From Entomortierella parvispora E1425 (Eukaryota > Fungi > Mortierellomycota): a stretch of DNA of 64,000 nucleotides. Both the position numbers and the translations under genes were made by a program. The notes under the pieces were generated by a model. It was not told the origin of the DNA. It saw only the letters and a list, made by a program, of their open reading frames with translations, and made no database searches. The stretch spans positions 1,054,001 through 1,118,000 of the forward strand of contig BQFW01000010.1 in assembly GCA_020891255.1 (NCBI GenBank), read 5' to 3'. Positions 59,014 through 64,000 of the stretch are shown here, one piece after another; position 1 is the first letter of the stretch; the number at the start of each line of letters is the position of its first letter.

Positions 59014-61732
59014 TTACAGGCGGTCCAAGAAACGGTCGAGGGGAGGGATCTCCTCCTTGAGACCCTTGCGCTTGCGGATGGAGAGAACCTTCTCGATCAA
59101 CTTGGGGTCCTCGTTGGAGACACCGTTCATCAACTGCCAGTGATCGAAGACAGACTGGGGGAAAGCCTGACCACCGGTGGCCTGACGAAGATCGGCAGTG
59201 AAACCGAAAGACTCAGCAACGGGCAAGTGAGCCTTAACGATGTACATGGGGGTACCGGGGCGCTGCTCCTCACCGATGGTGTGACCACGACGCTTGTTCA
59301 AGACACCGTAAATACCACCCATAGCCTGCTCAGGGCAGGTAATCTCGACCAAGTAGACGGGCTCCATGAGACCGGGCTGGGCGACGTAGGCGGCGGCGTA
59401 GATGGCGCTGCGGCAGGCGGGGATGATCTGTCCACCACCACGATGGATAGCATCAGCGTGAAGGACAACATCCAAGATGTTGAAACGGCATCCACGCATG
59501 TTCTCCTCGGCGAAAACACCCTCACGAGTGGCCCACTGGAAGGCGGCAACGCAAGAATCCTTGATTTCGTTCAAGTAAGCAACACCCTTGGTCAAATCAA
59601 CCATGACGTTGGCACCGTTGGCATCGGGACCGAAAGCCCAAATCTTACGGGCCTCCTGGTTGTCCCACTCGTACTCATCGGACAAGACACGGGCACGGGC
59701 CTTGAACTCATCACGGGGACCGACCTTTCCGTTCTCAATGGCGAGGGAAAGCTCCTCACCGAGAGGGGCAGCCTTCATGAAGATACGGTTGTGCTTGTTG
59801 GGGGACTTGGCAAGAGCAGTGACGGAAGACTCGGCCTGGATGGTCTCCTTGTACTGGACGACGGGGTCGGACTTGCGAATGGGGACCTGAGCGTGATCCT
59901 CCTCGAGATCCTTCAAGCAAATCTCGAGATGGAGCTCTCCGGAACCAGCAACGATGTGCTCACCAGTCTCGGAGGTGTAGCAGAGAACGCAAGGATCGGA
60001 CTTGGAAAGACGCTTGAGACCCTCGACGAGCTTGGGGAGATCGGAAGCCTGCTTGCACTCGACGGCGACCTGGACGACGGGGGAGACAGAGAACTTCATG
60101 ACCTTCAAGTTGTGGGCAGTCTCGGAGGTGGTGATGGTACCAGACTTGAGCAAGAACTGATCAATACCGACCAAACCGACAATGTTACCGGCAGGGCAGT
60201 CCTCAATGGGCTCGACGGAACGACCCATCATGAGAACAATACGCTGGACAGACTTGACGAACAAGTCGGTCTTGGAGCCGGGGACGTAGTTGGGGCCCTG
60301 GATGCGGACCTTAAGACCGGCACGGACGGTACCAGAGAAGACACGACCGAAAGCGTAGAAACGACCCTTGTCGGAGGTGGGGACCATCTTGGAGACGTAC
60401 AACATGAGGGGACCGTTGGGGTCGCATCCGCGAATACCCTCGGCGCAGTCATCGTCCATGGGACCCTCGTACAAGTTCTCGACACGGTACTTCTGGGCAG
60501 TGACGGGGGAAGGCAAGTGGATAACGATCATCTCCAAGAGAGCCTCACCAGCGGGCAAGAACTTCTTCATGACGGTCTTAAGGAGCATCTTGCCCTCCAT
60601 CTCCTTCTCATCGTTCTTCAAGGTGATCTCCAACTTCTCCAACATGGCGAAAGCGGCATCCTTCTTGAAGTTCATGATAGAGTCAAAGAGCTTGAAGATG
60701 GGGTCCAAAATGAACATGTTGAAGGCACGCTCGAGGGGCTTGCCGTTGGCATCCTGACCCTTGGTGGTCCACTTGCGGGTGGCGGGGTTGAAGTAGTTCT
60801 CACCCCAGAGCTTGTCCATCATCTTGGAGCGGTCAACACCGAACTTCTTGGCGTAACGGTTGGCGAACTGACGGATGGTGAAAGCCCATCCGTGAAGACC
60901 GGAAGCGAAAGCGACGGTACCCTGCTCGGGGTAGACCATGACATCACCGAGAACCTTGTCGTTGTAGGTGGCGATGATGACGTTGACGGACTCGATGGTA
61001 CGGAGGAAGGAAGTGTAAAGATCCTCCTTGGTGACCTGCAACTCGAGGAGAGCACGATCGACCTTGTTGATGACAACAACGGGCTTGATACGCTCACCCA
61101 AAGCCTGACGCAAGACAGTCTCGGTCTGGACACAGACACCGTCAACGCAGTCGACGACGACGAGAGCACCATCGGTGACACGGAGAGCGGCGGTAACCTC
61201 AGAGGAGAAATCAACGTGCCCGGGGGAATCGATCAAGTTGATCAAGAAGGCGGCACCTACAAGAGCGAATCAGGCCATTAGTCAGTCATTCACGTATTTA
61301 TCAACAAGAGAAAAACTTGTTTCGTTGTTTGCTTACCATCGGACTTCTGCTTGATGTCGGGGAGATCACCCTCAGTCATCTCGAAGTACAGGGAAATGGC
61401 AGTGGACTTGATGGTAATACCACGGTCCTGCTCATCCTGACGGGTGTCCATGAAACGGGCATCACCGGCACGTCCAGCGGAAATAATACCGGCCTTGGAG
61501 ACAAGGGAATCGGTAAGGGTGGACTTTCCGTGATCGACGTGAGCAATGACGGACATGTTACGAACGTTCGTAACCTTGTCCATCTGTTTAGATAAGGAAA
61601 GAAAAAAGAAAAGAACAAGGTGATTAGTCACTGCACTGTACAGAATCGATGGACATCATTCAGCAAAGATGCTCTCAGCAGATTGCTCTAGCTTACCAAG
61701 GCACGGATTTGGTCGATAGTGAAGTTAACCAT
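59014..61732 (-). CDS. EEF2: Translation elongation factor 2, 3 exons
   Basis: [12 protein letters not shown]|[42 protein letters not shown], and the diphthamide loop [14 protein letters not shown]. Confidence 0.98.
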
Positions 61733-63052
61733 TTTCTTTCAACTTTCTGTTGGGAGAAGATGGAGGCAACGGTTCGAAAGAGAGGGTACAAAGGATCATT
61801 GATTGTAGTCAGGAAGAAAGAAAGCGGTTAGTGCCCATGGTTATATACCCGTTCAAACTGCGGAACAGAAAGTAAAGAGGATGATTGTGGCAACTGTGCC
61901 CCGGAGAACCGTGGGCCGCAGTCAATGTAGAGTAGAACGACAGTGCAAACTCGAAGGAGTGAGGAGGAAAGAGTGTCGATGGTATTCAGAGAGAAGGGCG
62001 TTGCGACGCGGCTGGGTGCGCTGCAACGGTTACGCTGTGCACCACGCACTGATAGCAAAAAAATTTTCTGAAATCAGAATATTTGCTGAGTGTGCAGGAA
62101 TGGTGATGATGTCTGATCTCTCAAGACCAGGCATCGATGGAGGGTGATGGTGGAGAGGAGGATGGAGGCACTGATGCACAGAACAAGAAGAGCGAAGGGG
62201 ATGGATCGACGGATGGATGGATGGATGCAGCGGATGGGGATGGATTGGAGACAACGCTCTGCTGTAGCAGGGGTTACATACGATCTTCGTGAATGGGAAA
62301 GGATAAAGGGAAAGAGCGAGCAGCAGCGAGTTGGTTATTATTCTTGCCCCGGGTGGCTTGTGTTTGCCTCGCCCTCGCTTTCTAGCGTCCCTTTCTGGCC
62401 ACACGCACTCCATCCATCCACTCGTCCACGAGGGACCAGTGCCGGCCGCGAGAAAATATTTTAAGGTCTTGTTTTTTCAGTCTGTCTTGCCCTCCAATGC
62501 AAAGAAAAAAATTATTTTTTCGCGCCCCGCTCGCTGTTGTTGGTCCAGTCTTGGCCCGGTCTCGCTCTCTCCCCCTCCCAGACAGTGCAGGCGACCACCC
62601 CCGCGGGCGACTGGCTGTGCCAGCTGCCTCGTCTGCTCTCGCCCGCATTGTTGGCCCATCCAGAGAGAGAGACCAGGCCAGTGGATAGAGCCTTAGGTCC
62701 CTGAGGCTGCCTGTCCGAGTGGCTGCTCGGTCATATATGACAGTGGGGTCAAACACCCAACCAGTCAGCGCCCTCTTTGACTGAAGGAGACCCTCGCTCA
62801 CTACACCTGTGGAGTCATCCCGTTCCTTGTTCCTGGACACCTTCTCTCTTCACTACCACACTTCATCCCCCACCCCCTTCCTTTCCTGCTACCTCTGAAC
62901 AATTGCACCCTTGAATTCGCCTGTGCACCCACTCGAAGACTGCATCGCATCGCATTGCATCGATCAATCACCTCTGCCGTGCAGCAAACGTGGACGCACA
63001 GACTCTTGACCCTGCATCACCGTCAACAGAGACAAACACAGACTCTTTGGAC

Positions 63053-64000
63053 ATGGCACAGCAGGCTGGAATATATGCCGCAACGGCCGTTGGTGTCATC
63101 GCCTTGCTTGGCGTCGGTGCTGGCATCTTGTACAGAAAACATTGCCAGGACAAGATGGAGCAACAGGCAAGGGAGCAAGTCATTCAAGAACGAATGCAGC
63201 ATGCTGCGGGTATGATGCATGAAGCAATGACAAAGGGCGAATGATGTCCTAGGACCTTGAAGCTGGTCTGTGTAACCAACCAAGGTCGACTCTGACTGTT
63301 TTTTCTCGTCGTCCCTGCTCTACAGATTTGAATTTGCCTCCGTTATATGTTGATCACGAACAAGACCCTGTTTGCATCTACGAGCACGAACTGCCCCCTG
63401 ACGCTCTGCCTCCTGTCCAACCCATCCTTGTCCACTCTATCTCCGAGGATCATATTCTCATCCCGCCCGAGGAGGACCCCCTGGTGGTGTCACCGACAGT
63501 GCAACGGACTTTCTCGGCTCTTGGGATGCCGGTAGATACAGTTGCTGACGAATCTTTTGTGGTGATCGAGGAATTGAATGCTATGGATACAACTGAGGCC
63601 ACAGTGACAGAAACAACTCGGCTTCCGAATGTCGCCATCGCCTCAACTTCCCCCTCAGGAACATCGACACCACAGACGAACCAGAGTAATACTAGTTCGA
63701 CAAGACCTTCTCTCGTTATGAGACTCACTGGACTCTCAGGACTATCGACTCCTACCTCGATGTCCACTCCTCCAGAGGGCGCATCACCTGCCACATCGTT
63801 CACACAAGCACAATCTCCTGCCGCGGCAGTGTTGTCACCCAGAATCATTGATCGAGAGATGTTGAACCGAGCTAGACTACGGGCACCACCTTCCTATGAT
63901 GTTCCCAACAGAGTGATTGACCGATCACCTCATATGATCCAATACCTTTCTCCAGAACATCCTCAGGATGACTTTTATCTTCCCTCGGCATGTGTGCGGG
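63053..64000 (+). CDS. Single-pass membrane protein with PY-like motifs; runs off the window end
   Basis: TM GIYAATAVGVIALLGVGAGILYRK. A phase-1 GTATGA...CTACAG intron joins it to an open frame containing LPPLY and PPSY. Confidence 0.6.

Noticed and set aside
58942-61281. 779-aa ORF on the + strand
   Set aside because: Exact antisense shadow of eEF2. Strong codon bias in a highly expressed gene removes antisense stops, and there are no protein motifs.
49248-61732. Functional link between the ART-like gene and neighbouring eEF2 (diphthamide target of some ART toxins)
   Set aside because: The Tse2-like family is not the diphtheria-toxin class, the eEF2 diphthamide loop looks standard, and proximity is explained by insertion.

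Overview
Eukaryotic, intron-rich fungal DNA. The gene repertoire (Crinkler, kelch-TM receptor family, F-box/LRR pseudogene, intron style) suggests Mortierellaceae/Mucoromycota; this is an inference. About 1-43.3 kb and 59-64 kb hold mostly conserved genes: an eIF2-alpha kinase, TLG2, RER1, a dolichyl-PP phosphatase, heme oxygenase, SLX9, CCA1, a PX-PB1 protein, a chromodomain protein, STEEP1, ELP3, an NFKBIL1-like protein, GPI11, a Nudix hydrolase, a cytochrome-b5/acyl-CoA dehydrogenase fusion, COQ6 and eEF2. A small accessory patch at 7-13.6 kb contains a decayed F-box gene, two SGNH/PC-esterase-like paralogs and a kelch-TM gene. The main discovery is a 10.2 kb element (43375-53604) in a mobile-element island between COQ6 and eEF2. 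It is bounded by two 397-bp direct repeats with 4 mismatches. Each repeat has imperfect terminal inverted repeats, and the outer ends carry an apparent 8-9 bp target-site duplication (GTATCGGT). The element encodes an AEP primase/Zn-finger/UL9-like helicase fusion, a Crinkler-REase effector, a Tse2-like ADP-ribosyltransferase-fold protein, a DUF3627-like protein, an orphan ORF and a PIF/IS5-like DDE transposase with a chromodomain-like tail. It also carries three copies of a ~71-bp hairpin unit. No reverse transcriptase, capsid or HUH domain was recognised. The layout resembles a composite transposon or cointegrated replicon carrying toxin-type cargo. All domain calls come from visual motif recognition, not database searches.
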